A stretch of 64,000 nucleotides of DNA, from positions 66,145 to 130,144 of the forward strand of contig NIVC01001693.1 in NCBI GenBank assembly GCA_002269645.1. Direction: 5' to 3'. Of this stretch, positions 1 through 12,751 are shown one piece after another. The translations under genes and the position numbers were made by a program. The notes below the pieces were generated by a model. The model had not been told where the DNA came from. It was given only the letters and a program-made list of their open reading frames with translations, and made no database searches. Numbering within the stretch: position 1 is the stretch's first letter; each line of letters opens with the position of its first letter. Source of the DNA: Macrostomum lignano. Lineage: Eukaryota.

Positions 1-250
1 GATCGCTAACGGAGGACGCCTCCACCTTGGCAACTGCCGGCATTGACTGATCATCGCCGTTGTCGCATTTCAGTCTGGCCAGTTTGACCGCCGGCTGCAT
101 CAGCTGATCGAATTGAGCGGCCGCCAGCGACGACGACGAAGTTGACGGCAATTGCGGAGACAATCGGCGCCGATTATTCAATTTGACCGACCGGGGGCAG
201 GCCTCGTGCTCGTCGCTGCGCTGACAGACCCGATCGTAGCGCGGCTCCAT
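1..250 (-). CDS. Partial coding exon of an unidentified gene running off the left edge (MEPRYDRVCQRSDEHEACPRS...VEASSVSD)
   Basis: Open frame from ATG at 250-248 to base 1 with no stop, GC/CpG-rich like the other exons. The frame stays open upstream to about 324 (LIETARELLRALKIANSLHTHIVGI), so the ATG may be internal. No family recognised. Confidence 0.5.
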   Translation of the reverse strand, partial: MEPRYDRVCQRSDEHEACPRSVKLNNRRRLSPQLPSTSSSSLAAAQFDQLMQPAVKLARLKCDNGDDQSMPAVAKVEASSVSD

Positions 251-453
251 GATGCCGACAATGTGAGTGTGCAGACTGTTGGCTATTTTTAGCGCGCGAA
301 GCAGCTCCCTGGCGGTTTCGATGAGTTAATTAGATGAGTTTTGGAGACACCTGAGTTGCTTTTATACCATTTCAAACCAGGTTGCGAGAAAACCATTACA
401 GTAGATCAAGGATACAAATATAAATGCATGTATGTGCAACTTGCATGCCATTC

Positions 454-474
454 GTCTGTCTGTCTGTCCTGTCC

Positions 475-570
<96 letters not shown>
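454..570. repeat. (GTCT)n microsatellite
   Basis: Directly visible tetranucleotide run. Confidence 0.97.
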
Positions 571-3367
571 CACCAGCCTTAGTGTTCGTCAGTTTGTAGT
601 CTTAGTGTATTACAAGACTAGCTAGCAAAGTAGCTTAGATGGTTATTGTGCTGTTTTTGTCATTGCTTATCTACTTTTCATGTGGCTGTCTACCTGTAAT
701 GTTAATCTAGCGTTAGTTTTTCCTAGTTCTTTATAAGGTCAAACATAGCGCGCTTCATCTAGATTACTATTACTAAAATACTAAGTCTTGTATCTGTAAC
801 ATCTTGGATGCAATAAGTTCCATTGGTGGCTGTATTTTTAAACAAAAAGCTTAACCATGATTCCTATTGCAGAATCTTGTTATTAATATTGTAATCCTAA
901 TCGGTCCAAGTTTCAATTCTGTATCAAGATTTTAGGCATTGCTGCTTTAGAATGCCAAATTCTACCACAATTCTGATGAAAAACCCAGCATGTCAATAAT
1001 GCCAATACACTTCCACAGATTGAACAAATAAAGACACTACTCACCTGTCAGCCATAGATTCAACAAGCATCTGAGCATTAGTCACAGTGCACTCAAACAA
1101 AGTTAATGGAGAGAACACTGGATTGCCTGGGGCAGTTGCAACATCACATGCCATGATGAAACTTAATTTTTAAAGGCTATTTTTAATATTGAATAAACAA
1201 GCTGTTGAAGCCAATGAGATTTCAATTGATTAATGCATGCAAAATATAATATTAAATCAGAATGGAAATTTGAAGTTTAATATTATTATATATAACTTGA
1301 ATTAAACACATTTAATAATTATTCTTAAAGTTCAATTTGGTGACTAGATATCTTTCATACCAAGCAGTAACTTTAGCTATTTAATTAAATCCTATATGCC
1401 TACTTATATACATTTCTTATTTCAACCTTTAAGTTAGCAACCTTTAAGTTAAATAGCTAATATTTAACATTTAGTTTATCTTTTCTATTAAAATTAGTTA
1501 TATTCACTAAGTATAACACAAATAGAATATTTTATTAGTACTCGTATTTAAACCTTATACTAAAAACTAAAATATTATACTTCATATAATAATCAAATAA
1601 ACTATTTATAACATTATAAGGTATTTATTTTATCTAATAGACTTACAATATTCAAATATAATTACTATTAGTTATTTGTTATAGTTTCTTTGGTGCCACT
1701 TGCCTATGTTTATTACCTATTATTGACTCACTTTGCAATAATAATTGCAAATAATAATTGCACAACTTTTGTAAAAATATTATACTTAATATTTTATATA
1801 CTCATTGCCAATGTATATAGCATGCATGTGTGGCAAATTACATCTATGCTAAAGCTTGAAATTGTTTAATTGCACTATTGTATAGGTAGCAAGTTGCCAT
1901 CAATAATTTTTTAGATAATAGAATGGCTAGTTCAGCTATTAGTTAAAAGTAACATATTCTTGGCTGATGTTTAGCAAAGCAATCTCTTAAAAAGATAGTC
2001 CTCTTTACTAAAATATTAGGGCCTATTGTTTGTTTTGTTTGTTTAAAGTAAATTAATGAAAAACAATGAAAATGACTAATTTGACAAATTTGCTGCTTTT
2101 TTTATAATTCTATTTTAAAATGAATATGGAATAAATAAGACCAAGACTTAGTTTCTAGTTTATTTTAGTTCAAATAAAACATAATAACCAAATGAAATAG
2201 GTAATCCAAAATAGGATTTGGTCTTAATTTTATTCAAAGTCTCTAGAAATAGATTAGCTATAAATTTATTTACAATTAAGCCAAATAAGACATATAAAAA
2301 AGAAAACCTAACTAGATTAAGCATTGTTTGACAATAATAAATATAGCTATTAATGTATTTATCATATTGGCTAGAAAGAGTATAGTTTTATGTCTTTATA
2401 AGATAATAGATAACATATTTGCAAACTAATAATATTTTACTAAGGCTTAGTCTCTTAATTATTATATTTTGACTTAAAGTTTGATTAAAAATTAAACAAT
2501 ATCAAGGTGCATTGAGCTAACATCATACTTGCACAATTGCTAGCTAAACTGGCCAATCTGGTCACCAAAAATTTTAGTGGACCAAGGGTAACAGTGTTGC
2601 TACAGGCATTTGAAAAAAAATAGACGCAGCCGATAAAAAAAACGCAGGCAGTACTAAAAATTATAATGAAGCTCAGAACTACTCTATTGTACATTCATGC
2701 CTCTGCCCTGCCTATGTGGGTGTGCTCTGTGTTTTTGCATATGTACACGGCACCGTGTAAAGCAACAATTTTCTTAACAAATCCGAAGCCTGCTGTCCTT
2801 AATTTTTAGATGCGAACTGCTAGTACATTACATGTTAGATGCCAGTCAGTAGCTAATACAAGTATTAAGAAGCTGTTCTCGAGTTGCACAACTGCAGGCT
2901 GTACCCTTGTCTGTTGAGCAAATAATGATGAACGACATCAAGGAGTTCGGGGAACAAATTTACATTGCACTATTAGTAGAATACAGAGAAATGATCTAGG
3001 CCCTGAAACATCCTAGCACTGTGCCCTGGACATACAACTATACTGTATAAATGCACACAAGTGACTAGCAGCCCTAGGATGATTAACAACAAGATACATT
3101 AGCAACGAAACATGTTCTTATATCTAATGCATAATAGAAAATCATGACGATGCTGAGCAATACAATAGTAAAAAGGCTGAGAGTACATCAGTACATTTTA
3201 TTCCAAAATCAACACGGCTACCAGCCAACCAGCAGATGTCATAAATGGTCACATGCAAAAATTTATTTATTTCCTCTTTAATCAGCAGCGGCCAGCGAGT
3301 GCACAAAAATTGGCCGATGGATATTGGCTAACAGACAAACTAGGATACGCAACTTATCCTGCACTTA

Positions 3368-3728
3368 TTGGGTTGTCCAGAAAGTTCTGTCCGATTTTTT
3401 CACATGGTCTAACTTCCTTATACTAAAACTTACTTATCTATTATCCATTGTTGTTCATATTTGCCTATTAGCAATACATGTTACTCACCTTTCTACCACC
3501 ACCTGCATCTAACTGAAAGTTGCTTCTTTCCAGCAAAGAATGGCACATGATAATGAGCACCTTTTGCACTGCTTGCTCTATCTATCTATTCCGCGCCATT
3601 GACCGGCATCTGCAAGGCAAGAGCTTCAACAACGAACTGGCCCTCATCTCGGAGATCGGCAACTTTTTTGACTCGATGAACATTTGTATAAAAAAATGGA
3701 CAGAACTTTCTAGACATTGGACAACCTA
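3368..3728 (+). mobile_element. Internally deleted mariner (Tc1/mariner) relic nested in the hAT element
   Basis: TA-flanked imperfect TIRs: TTGGGTTGTCCAGAAAGTTCTGTCC at 3368 and GGACAGAACTTTCT[agacatt]GGACAACCTA ending about 3728. Internal peptide YLFRAIDRHLQGKSFNNELALISEIGNFFDS resembles the mariner transposase C-terminus (YHLFRSL..FL.GK.F.N). Confidence 0.7.
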
Positions 3729-4295
3729 TACATATAAGAGCGACAGTGAGTACGTATATGTGCAATATGTGTATCTCGATCGATGGCCGATGCAAACATA
3801 CATGGAAACAGCACGACAACAACAATGCAACAACTTGAAGAATAAATGTAAAAATTCATGTCATCTGTTACTCTTTCAGTTCTCACTGTCTCTACCCTCT
3901 CAGTCACTCAAAGAGCAAGATTGCGAGCATAGCTGTTCGTAATAAAATGCATGTAAAATAAAACTGATGCCTAGATCATGCCTGGATGCATCTTTGTTGC
4001 AAACCCTGTATCCCCATATGCAGTGTTTGGCAAAGTTCATTTTTGGAAAAGTTCAATTCATTTTTAAAATGATATTGAAAGAATAGCAGAATGAGATCAT
4101 TTTTAACTGTTTGGCAGTAGAATGAGGTAAAGAAATGGTTGTTACTCGAGCATGACTGACCAAGTAGGAAATGCCCTTGCATAAAGTTCAAAAGTTCGTT
4201 GTACGAAAGTTCCTTTTTTGTGAACTTGCCCAGCACTGCCTATCTATTTATGTCTATGTAAGCCCAAAAATCATTGTTACCAAAAGTTACCGGCG

Positions 4296-6719
4296 TCACT
4301 TTTTGAAATAACTGGCGATGGTAGACTTGGTCGCCTTCTCCTCCAACTTTCTCTTTTTCTCTTTGAGGCCCTCAGTCTCCTTCTCCAGTGTCTTGCACTC
4401 AATCGCTAGGGCAGCTACCTGTCGCTGATATTTGTCAAGCATTGCGGCAGCTCTGTCCGCTTGCGCATCTACCTCCAGTCTCCTCTTCCGTATGCTCTCC
4501 TCCTTTGCCTGCAACTGTGCAGAGTGTGTTGCCTTCTTAATTTCCTGTGCAATTTCTACTGCCAACTCTCTCTCCTTTGCCAACTTCTTCTGCTTCTCCT
4601 CATTCTCCTCCCGCTGCCGCTCCAGGTGCTGCTTCCAGCTGTGCCGAGCATGAAAGCCTGCGTTGATGTACGCGTCATTGAAGTGAAACGTTTCACAAGT
4701 CAAACCGGTCGACTTCAGGAAACCTCGGGTAAGCAGACAGCCATCTATGGTGCGGATGTCCAGATTGCTTCTTTTCTTTGAAAAAAGGTCTGTAAGATCG
4801 GCAAACACACGCTCCACTGCCGCATTGCCATGCGGGATGGAAAGAGCGGCAAGCACCAATTTGCGCAGTGCAGGGTATTCGTACACACTACCTTCCTCCG
4901 CAGTACCAACACCGCTCAGTGTAGCATTTACGACTGGAAGCCAGAAATCAAGTACCTCAACGTCCTACAGCTTATCACAGTCTTTTGAACACAGTGCCAA
5001 TGAAAGTCGCCGAAAGTCAGTGTCAATGGTCGAAATGTCTTGCTCCGAGAAATGCATTTCTTTAGCCAATCCAACCGGGTACGAGCTGTCAACCAACGAA
5101 ACCTTCAATGGGTCAAGAAATTGTGCGCACCTCAAAGCAGCATTTGCCAGTGGGAGATGGGATTGGAGGTATTGTGTCAGCTCGTTGTAGAACTGTCTCG
5201 CGCGCACGATACAGACCTTCTTGACATCAGCACTCTCACAAGTCGAAAGAAAGTTGCGCACCTTCTCGCCAATGAAGACTTGATTGTCTGGTAAGCATGC
5301 TTCAAATGGGAACTTCATTCTAGATAAATGCTTGGCATTAGAAGCCACGTGCTCCTTTGTTAAGAAGCAGGCCAGTAGTTCCTTGAACAACATACGGAGC
5401 TCAATGTACATCAAATGGATCTTGACGTTGTTACCTTGGAATGCTTTCTCAAACTTGTCCAACATTGGCAGCACAGCCTGGAGGAAAAGAAGATCGAATT
5501 CAACTTCATCATCAGCTAGGAGTGACTGGATAGACTGGACCGATTCTTTTTTCAAATCATTGGGATTTTCCAGGCGCAGCCTCTTTAGAAAAAACTCACG
5601 GAGTCCTTCCAACTGCTCAACAAGCCTGTTAACCACCGGCAAAAGCTGTATCCACCTAGTTTCAACATGTCGCAAAAACCTGTGCGACTGCAATTCAAGC
5701 ATGTCTTGCACATGCTCGTACCTAGTCCAGCGAGATGTGTACAGAAAGTACGAGTGAACAAGATCAGCCAGGTTTTCGGCTTTTTTCCTGAGCTTGTCAC
5801 ATGCAGCCCGTGCGGCATTCGAAACATGGTGGAGTGAGCACGTGGCCATTTTGAGTAGATGGGGTGCATGTTTGTTCATGAGGGTGTGGAACCCACCATG
5901 CCGCCCTGTCATCACCGATGGGCCATCAGACATAACACAGACGCACGATTTGAACCGAAGGCCTAATTTGTTGCAGGTGTTCGCGACGGCAGCTTCCAGA
6001 GTTGCGGCTCGCCCATCAGGAATGCTCACAGTCTTGAGAGGCAGTATGAGAAGTTTCTTCTTCGTGATGGAAATGAATGACACTACAATACTTAGAAACT
6101 TCTGCGAGCCCATCGCCTGGTTAGATTCGTCTATGGCTAGGCTAAAATAGCCGCTTCCAGAGTTAATGTCTTGTATAATTTCATTCCGAATGGTTGGAGC
6201 GATTGCCTCTGTTACCAAGTAGGTGGTCTTCTGCCGCTGGCATTTGAATTTTTGGGCAATTTGGCTGTCCGGAAACATGGTCTTGTATATTCCGTGGTCA
6301 GCAGAGGCGAATGACCAATGGTGCTCCACAATATTCAGAGCGTGCCTCAGCTTGGCCTTCATGACTTTGGCATCTAAAGTGCTTGGCTTTTCAGTTGTGG
6401 TATCGCCATTTGTGCCATCAGCACTAGGATTGGAGGTTGACGACCTCTGGGGCTTGAAATAAAAATTGATGGACGTCGCCGAGCTTTCCTTTTGGAGCTT
6501 GAGCATATAGCGATCAGAATGCTTCTTGCTCTTCGCATGATTTTCTACCGCTCCAAAGCCAGCTGAGCCGATTTGGAAATCTTTGGCACAAATTGAGCAG
6601 TAGGCCCGACAAGCGTCTTTTGGGTCAGGCTGGAGCCAGAGGCTGCACTGCTGGTTATGGGCCGTTCAGTTGCACCAGGAGTCCACAAACTTTGTGGCTC
6701 GAACTTTCGATAGCGACAT
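4296..6719 (-). pseudogene. hAT transposase (~807 codons) interrupted by two in-frame stops
   Basis: ATG at 6719, TGA at 6668-6666, BED-like CSIC...HAKSKKH finger, then ORF 6506-4965 (SLAIDES, SDGPSVMTG, CSLHH, ETRW motifs), TAG at 4967-4965, and the same frame continues DVEVLDFW...PHGNAAVERVF (dimerisation domain) into a coiled-coil tail ending at 4296. No frameshift. Confidence 0.9.
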
Positions 6720-8109
6720 GAATGATGAAGGGCAGTTGAAGCTCGCATAAATGGACATATTACAATTGTTGCGTTACCAAATTAATTTAATTGAGCTTAT
6801 GAAGTTGGCTGCTAAAATGGTCTTCGAGGTTGTGAATTTTCGAGCCTATGAAGTTTCGGATTTATGAAAGGATGTGCTTTTCGAGGTTGTGAAATTTCGA
6901 GCTTGTGAAGCGACCCCAAATGCAGGAAGTAGTTTTCTTTGTATTTTTCAAACAATGGATTTTAAGATAAACAAAGCTGATGCAACAAACATAAAACGTG
7001 GGATTTTAGATAATACAACAGCAAAAAGGACCACTTAAGTCACCAACAAAACAGCTAGCAAGTAAAAACGCAGAATGAAAAAAAACGCAGAAAAAACGCA
7101 CAAACGCAGATTTTTCAAAGAAAAAACGCAGCTGCGTTAAAAACGCAGCCTGTAGCAACACTGAAGGGTAAATAGCAAAAATGCCTATCTAAAAGAATAG
7201 AGATATAGTACTAATTAGATGATGAGGCATTTAGCCTTAATAAGACAGTCATAAATATTCTACCATTTACTAAAAATTATATTAATTTTTGCCTTAGGGT
7301 TTTTTATATGTAAGTCACATGTCTATAACAAAAGAAAGCTTGAGGCCCCAAAAGAGCCAATTGCTTCAATATATTTAGCAAGCACTATACATAAGCAACA
7401 AAGACCTTAAGGGTCTCCTATAGATATATGCAAAGCAAAAGGGGCAAAAGGAAAAGGAAGGAATGAAAAAGCAAGTAATCAATGACACATTGCAACAAAA
7501 ACATTTTATCCCATTTTTTTCAAACTTTCTCACACTACCCAACTATACTATAAGCCATTATAGTAATGTCTACAATTTGTTATAGTATTCTAATAGGGGA
7601 TAAAAATCTCTTTTTTGGTTAAGAATCTTTAAAAGTAAAGATTAATTTTGATATAGGCTTAACTTTTATACTTTCAATAGGACCTAGACTTTTCAATTCA
7701 TATAAATCAAGGTCAATGCCTAAACACTTAAACAGGATAAAAATAGCTATTGACAGACTAGAAACAAGATAGTTTAAATGCCAAAATAAATCAAAATGTG
7801 CTTAATCAAGATAAAGTAGACTATTACTAACAAGGGCCATTATAGCAAAAGCAGTACCATTCTATAATATTGTTAATTGATATCATTTTCTGCCATTTAG
7901 ATAGTCTTATACTCTAACATCTGCTTATAGTAATGCCCAAGGAATATTAAATAAAAACATTGTGCAACTTTTTTAAAGCCTATATATAATGCAATCAATA
8001 ATTTCTATTTTCAAGTTGGTTGGATTCAGCTCCTAATTAGGCCTAGTCCCACTCATATTGCTAACTGGAATCTATAGCAAGCAAGCCTATTTAACCATAA
8101 TAGATAATG

Positions 8110-9106
8110 GAAGTGCTTATCCCTATAGTCTTATACTAATAATTCTAATTTTATCCACATAGATAATCTATATTGATAATTTCTAGCTTATCCCCATAGC
8201 AGCTTATTGAAATATCTGCTACCATTCAAGTCTAGGCCATGTTGATAATTCCAATTTTATTCATATAGTGTCAATAATTTTTAGCTTATTCCCATGCATA
8301 CATGCGCAACCCCCTGATTTACACTGGCCATGCGACTTACTTTTCAACAAAAAATGCGACTTACCTGTAAAAAAACCTTAACGCAATTTTGGGTAAACGG
8401 CAGAGTAACTATGACTGTCTTATTAGGGCTAAATGCCTTGTCATCTAATTAGTACTCTGTTTATATTCTTTAGGTTGGGCATTTTTGCGACTTACCCCTG
8501 GTCCACCACAATTTATGGTGGCTAGATTGGCCAGGTCGGCCAGCAGTTGCGCATGTATGTTCCCATGGTAGATTGGAATAGAGAATCTTAAAATGAATCT
8601 ATTAAAAAACTGTCTATTTGTTTTCATTGTTTTACAAATATTCCAATTCAAATAAACTACTAAATATTGAATAGTATTGAGTACTTTGTTAAAACCTTTT
8701 CATTGTTAAAAGGGTTAATTTTAAATATTCACTTAGCTGCTAGCTTTTCTTAGAATGACCAAATGACCCTAAGATTGAGGCAAATGAGACTTGAAAAATT
8801 CAAAATTTAATATGTAATGATAATTATTAATAATACTAATAATAATGACAATATTGATTTAATGTCAGTATATAAAAAATACAAACAACTGCACAATCTT
8901 AACCATGGGGATAAGCTGAAAATTATCGACACAGATCCATCCATATAGATAGTATTGGAATTATTGACATGGCCTATAGACTTGAATGGTGGCAGCTATT
9001 TCAGTAAGCTGCCATGGGGATAAGCTGGAAATTATCAACATGGATCTGTGTGGATAAAATTGAAATTATTGGTATTACAGTACAGGACCATGGGGATAAG
9101 CACTTT
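8110..9106. mobile_element. Degenerate foldback/MITE-like element with ~200-bp inverted arms (about 8110-8296 and 8903-9106)
   Basis: The arms align as reverse complements (AAGTGCTTATCCCTATAGTC versus rc of GGACCATGGGGATAAGCACTT) with internal CCATGGGGATAAGC subrepeats. True ends not defined. Confidence 0.7.
8297..8559. mobile_element. hAT-type MITE (263 bp)
   Basis: 14-bp perfect TIRs CATACATGCGCAAC (8297-8310) and GTTGCGCATGTATG (8546-8559). Identical 8-bp TSD TTCCCATG at 8289-8296 and 8560-8567. Confidence 0.9.
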
Positions 9107-10232
9107 AATAAATAATTGCCATTGGCCATCATAATACTGTATCAAGTTATTGTGTTTAAGCCTGAGTGCTAATGCTACACAAATTGCCTCTATTGTTATT
9201 CCTCTTTGTCATATGATTCTCATTAAAAAATATAGATAAGATAGAAAGAAAAAGACTTTATTACTTTATCAGAAGCTGAATGTAATTTAGAGGATTGAAT
9301 GTTAGGCTAAGTAAACATACAATCTAGAATTTTTATCTGTATACTTTTGCACATCTTTTTCAGCTACTAATCTAGAACATCATTATGGAAAAGTTTTGTA
9401 AAACGGAACAAGAAATATGAAAGGTTCTAAAGTGCAATTTTAGTGCTAGAATTGCTAAGATCGTTTTTTGCCTGCCTGCGTGTTTGACTAACGGTCACGA
9501 GCCCGCCGCCCGCGCCACGACATCTTTTTTACTTTTTTCTACTATTTAAATTGTATTTAACGTTTTGGCAATTGAAATTACTCTTTCTTGACCTTTATTT
9601 TTTTAATTTCTTCGGAAAGGACTTGTAAACAAAAAGTTTATTTCAGGCTAGTATGACAATTTAATAAAGCAGGTTAGTTATTATCAAATAAATATTTGAA
9701 TAAGGTGTTTTTTAAGGTCCTTGCAACGTTTAGCGCACGCCGCGGCCGCGCACGCTGGACTGGCAGTAGCGCTCGCGTCGCGATCCGCATGTGCAGTGCA
9801 CGTGCAATCAGTTTTTTAATCATCGGCATGTGGCCGTCTGAGATGCTGAATTCTGATATTTATCCTAGCGATCTTATGACAGATCTCATTTTGCTCCTAT
9901 GACAGAATTTTTGTTAAATGTTTAACTGTGCCTCGACTCAAGTCAGAATAGTGGGGCTGTTTAATTGCTGTTTATAAAGTATTTTTAATATTGGCTGTTG
10001 TGTTTGTCTGTTGAGTGTTGATTGAACAAATAACAACTGCCATTTTAATGTAATTTTAACTTGATAAGTAGGGCCTACATTCACCTTGTTGGAGTACAGA
10101 GGCCTATTGACATTGTTATAGAATTGCAATGAATTAATTTTAAACGAGATGAGACAAGCAAAAAGACCAATTATATATTTCTAGGCAACTAGCCAGTTGT
10201 CTAGTTTGTTTGATTTTGGGCTTGTCTTCTAT

Positions 10233-10596
10233 CAGGGTTTTTTTGTGCGCAAATTGTGCATATGCACCCTAAATTTTAAAATTGCACCCTGAAATTAAAA
10301 AAGTAGGTGCGGTTTAGGTGCAGTCTTATAACCATTTTTCTTTAAAGGCTTAACCATGCTTAAGCTATTTTTCATGCACTGCCTTAAAATATAAAACAAA
10401 ATAACTCTTTAAATCCTATTAAGTCATATAGGCAATATAGCCTATGGCTATAGCATTATGTAAGATATACATTCCTAGTTGTCTCGTCTGAAACAAGACT
10501 CAAGAGAAATTGCACTCTGGGCCTTAAAATCGCACCTTGAAATTTGGCACAAGGTGTGATTTCACACCTTGTCTCGGGCGAAAAAAAACCCAGTAG
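10233..10596. mobile_element. Degenerate hAT-like MITE
   Basis: Begins CAGGGTTTTTTT and ends AAAAAAAACCCAGTAG. Flanking 8-mers TCTTCTAT and ACTTCTAT match 7/8. Confidence 0.4.
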
Positions 10597-12751
10597 ACTT
10601 CTATCATGGGCAAAGATAGGTCTTATTTATTTTATGCCCTAGGCCCCCCTAGCAAACAAGAATTATATGCACATTCATATTTTGGCAACAATTTCAGTTT
10701 GGTTATTAACTAGCTAGGCTATAGTCTTATAGACTTAAACCTTTCTTAGGAAATTCAAATTGTAAAAATTGAATGACCTTTTACTAGAAATTTTTGGTGT
10801 ATATATAAGTAAGAAAAATTTTAAGTCCCTAGAATTTAGGATTCAAATATTAATATCTAGATTGCCAATGCTATTTCTGGGGACTAAAAGTAAGGACTAA
10901 AGTTAAAGTTGTTTTTACTTTCAAAGGGGAGCTCTTAAGTCCCTAGGATAGGGGATTAGATGGGGTTAGAGTATTGGAGGCTAAATTAAGGATGAATATT
11001 TTCACTTTCAATATGAGGGCAAAGGGAGCCTTTTAAGTTCTTAGAATTGGAGACTTAAGCAATAGACAAAAATGTTTGACACTATACGCATATTGAGGTT
11101 AGAATAAGGAAGGGGTTAAAGTTAAGATATGTTTTCACTTTCAATACAAAGGCAGCTATTAAGTCCTCTAATTACTTAATTACTAAATTAGTTAAACAAT
11201 ATCAGAAAAAAAGAGAAAAGGGAAAGAGGAAAAGAAAGAAAGTAGTAAAAAAGGAAAAGAAAAGATAAGAAAAGAGTAGGAAGAGAAGAGAGGGTAGGAA
11301 AGGAGAAAGGAAAAAGGATGTAGAAAAAAGAGAGGAAAGAAGAGAATTTTTGCCCTTGGCCTCAATTGCATAGTCTTTGTAACTTGAGTAGCAGCACTTT
11401 GTATAGCAGCTCAGGGCAGTGGGCATATAACTAGATGATGTGGCCAGCCAATCAAAGTCATTGCCCACATAGCAAGTCAGAAGGCTATATCAGGCACACC
11501 CTTGTATAGAGTATAGTATTGGTCTTGCTATCTAGACTGATAAATATTTCAAATATTGCATGTAGCATAGCCACATATGTAGCATCTAGCTATCTCTCCA
11601 AGGTATCTATCAGGGTCCAGGTCTCTATTATACAATAGTTATGGAAATTTTACTAGCTATAGATATAGAATATATTGTAGATAGCAGTCTTCCCACTAGC
11701 TGCGGAATTTCTGCAGTTAGGAAATTTTAAGTAGACCTGCGGAAAATCAAGGGGATTTTTGTACTCTGTGGAAATTTTTCATTTCTGAATTTGCTCTCAT
11801 GTTATACCCCAATTTTTCAGTGCTGCATTATTATTCATGTTCATAATGATAATAAAAATATATAGGGATAACATAATGTGAAACTTTTGCCAATCAGTTG
11901 TTAGGCTTTAGCTTTATCTTTGCACAATTCACCCTCCTAGCTCTCTTCTAGCCTCACTCCAGCAGACTGCAGTCCAGTAGACATCGATGACAATTATTCC
12001 TTATATTTTTGTTTTAATTTCAGAAAACTAGATCACCGTCAGTCAGTCAACGATGATTAGACAGTGATCAGATGACCCTCAGTCATCTGATCACTGTCAC
12101 CTTTATTGTATCCCTGCCCTTCCTGTCTTCTCCCTGTCCTTTCCCTTCCTGTCCTCTCCCTTCCTGTTCCTCTCCCTTCCTGTTCCTCTCCCTTCCTGTT
12201 CCTCTCCCTTCCTGTTCCTCTCCCTTCCTGTCCCTCTCCCTTCCTTTCCTGTCCCTGTGCTTTCCCCGTACAAAGATTTCTGAGCATACAGAATGGAATT
12301 TGCTTATCCATCCACTTGCACACTTGTGGCTTGCATGCAAGCTGCAAGCTGCATCAGTTGTGGCTAGATGTAGTTTTAGCTCAAAACTGGCTTAGGGGGT
12401 CATCTGAACCAGCGCAAAACAGCCTTGGGTAGGGCGCAAAACAGTCTTATGAACCTAAAAAGTAGTAAAAATTTATTTGTCTAGCTTCATTTTTAGGGCT
12501 TGCATTGGTTAAGACATATTTTTCTATCTTGCGGAATTTCTCTTAAGCTGCAAAAGAAAAATGGGCAAAGTGGCATGGCAAAACTGAGATAGGCTATGGG
12601 AAATTTTCTAAATATAACTACAGCTATAGATACTAGAAAAATTTGGTTATAGCAGAACTCTAATAATATAGTTAAAGGATATACTCATTGCATCATATAC
12701 TCATTATAGCTGGATAGCAGACTGTGTAGGCCTAGTCTTTCAAGGCTACTT

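Larger units (their letters stand above)
2592..7163 (-). mobile_element. Full-length hAT-superfamily DNA transposon (4572 bp)
   Basis: Perfect 16-bp TIRs CAGTGTTGCTACAGGC (2592-2607) and GCCTGTAGCAACACTG (7148-7163). Identical 8-bp TSD AAGGGTAA at 2584-2591 and 7164-7171. Subterminal AAAACGCAG repeats (7070-7148). Internal hAT transposase. Confidence 0.96.
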
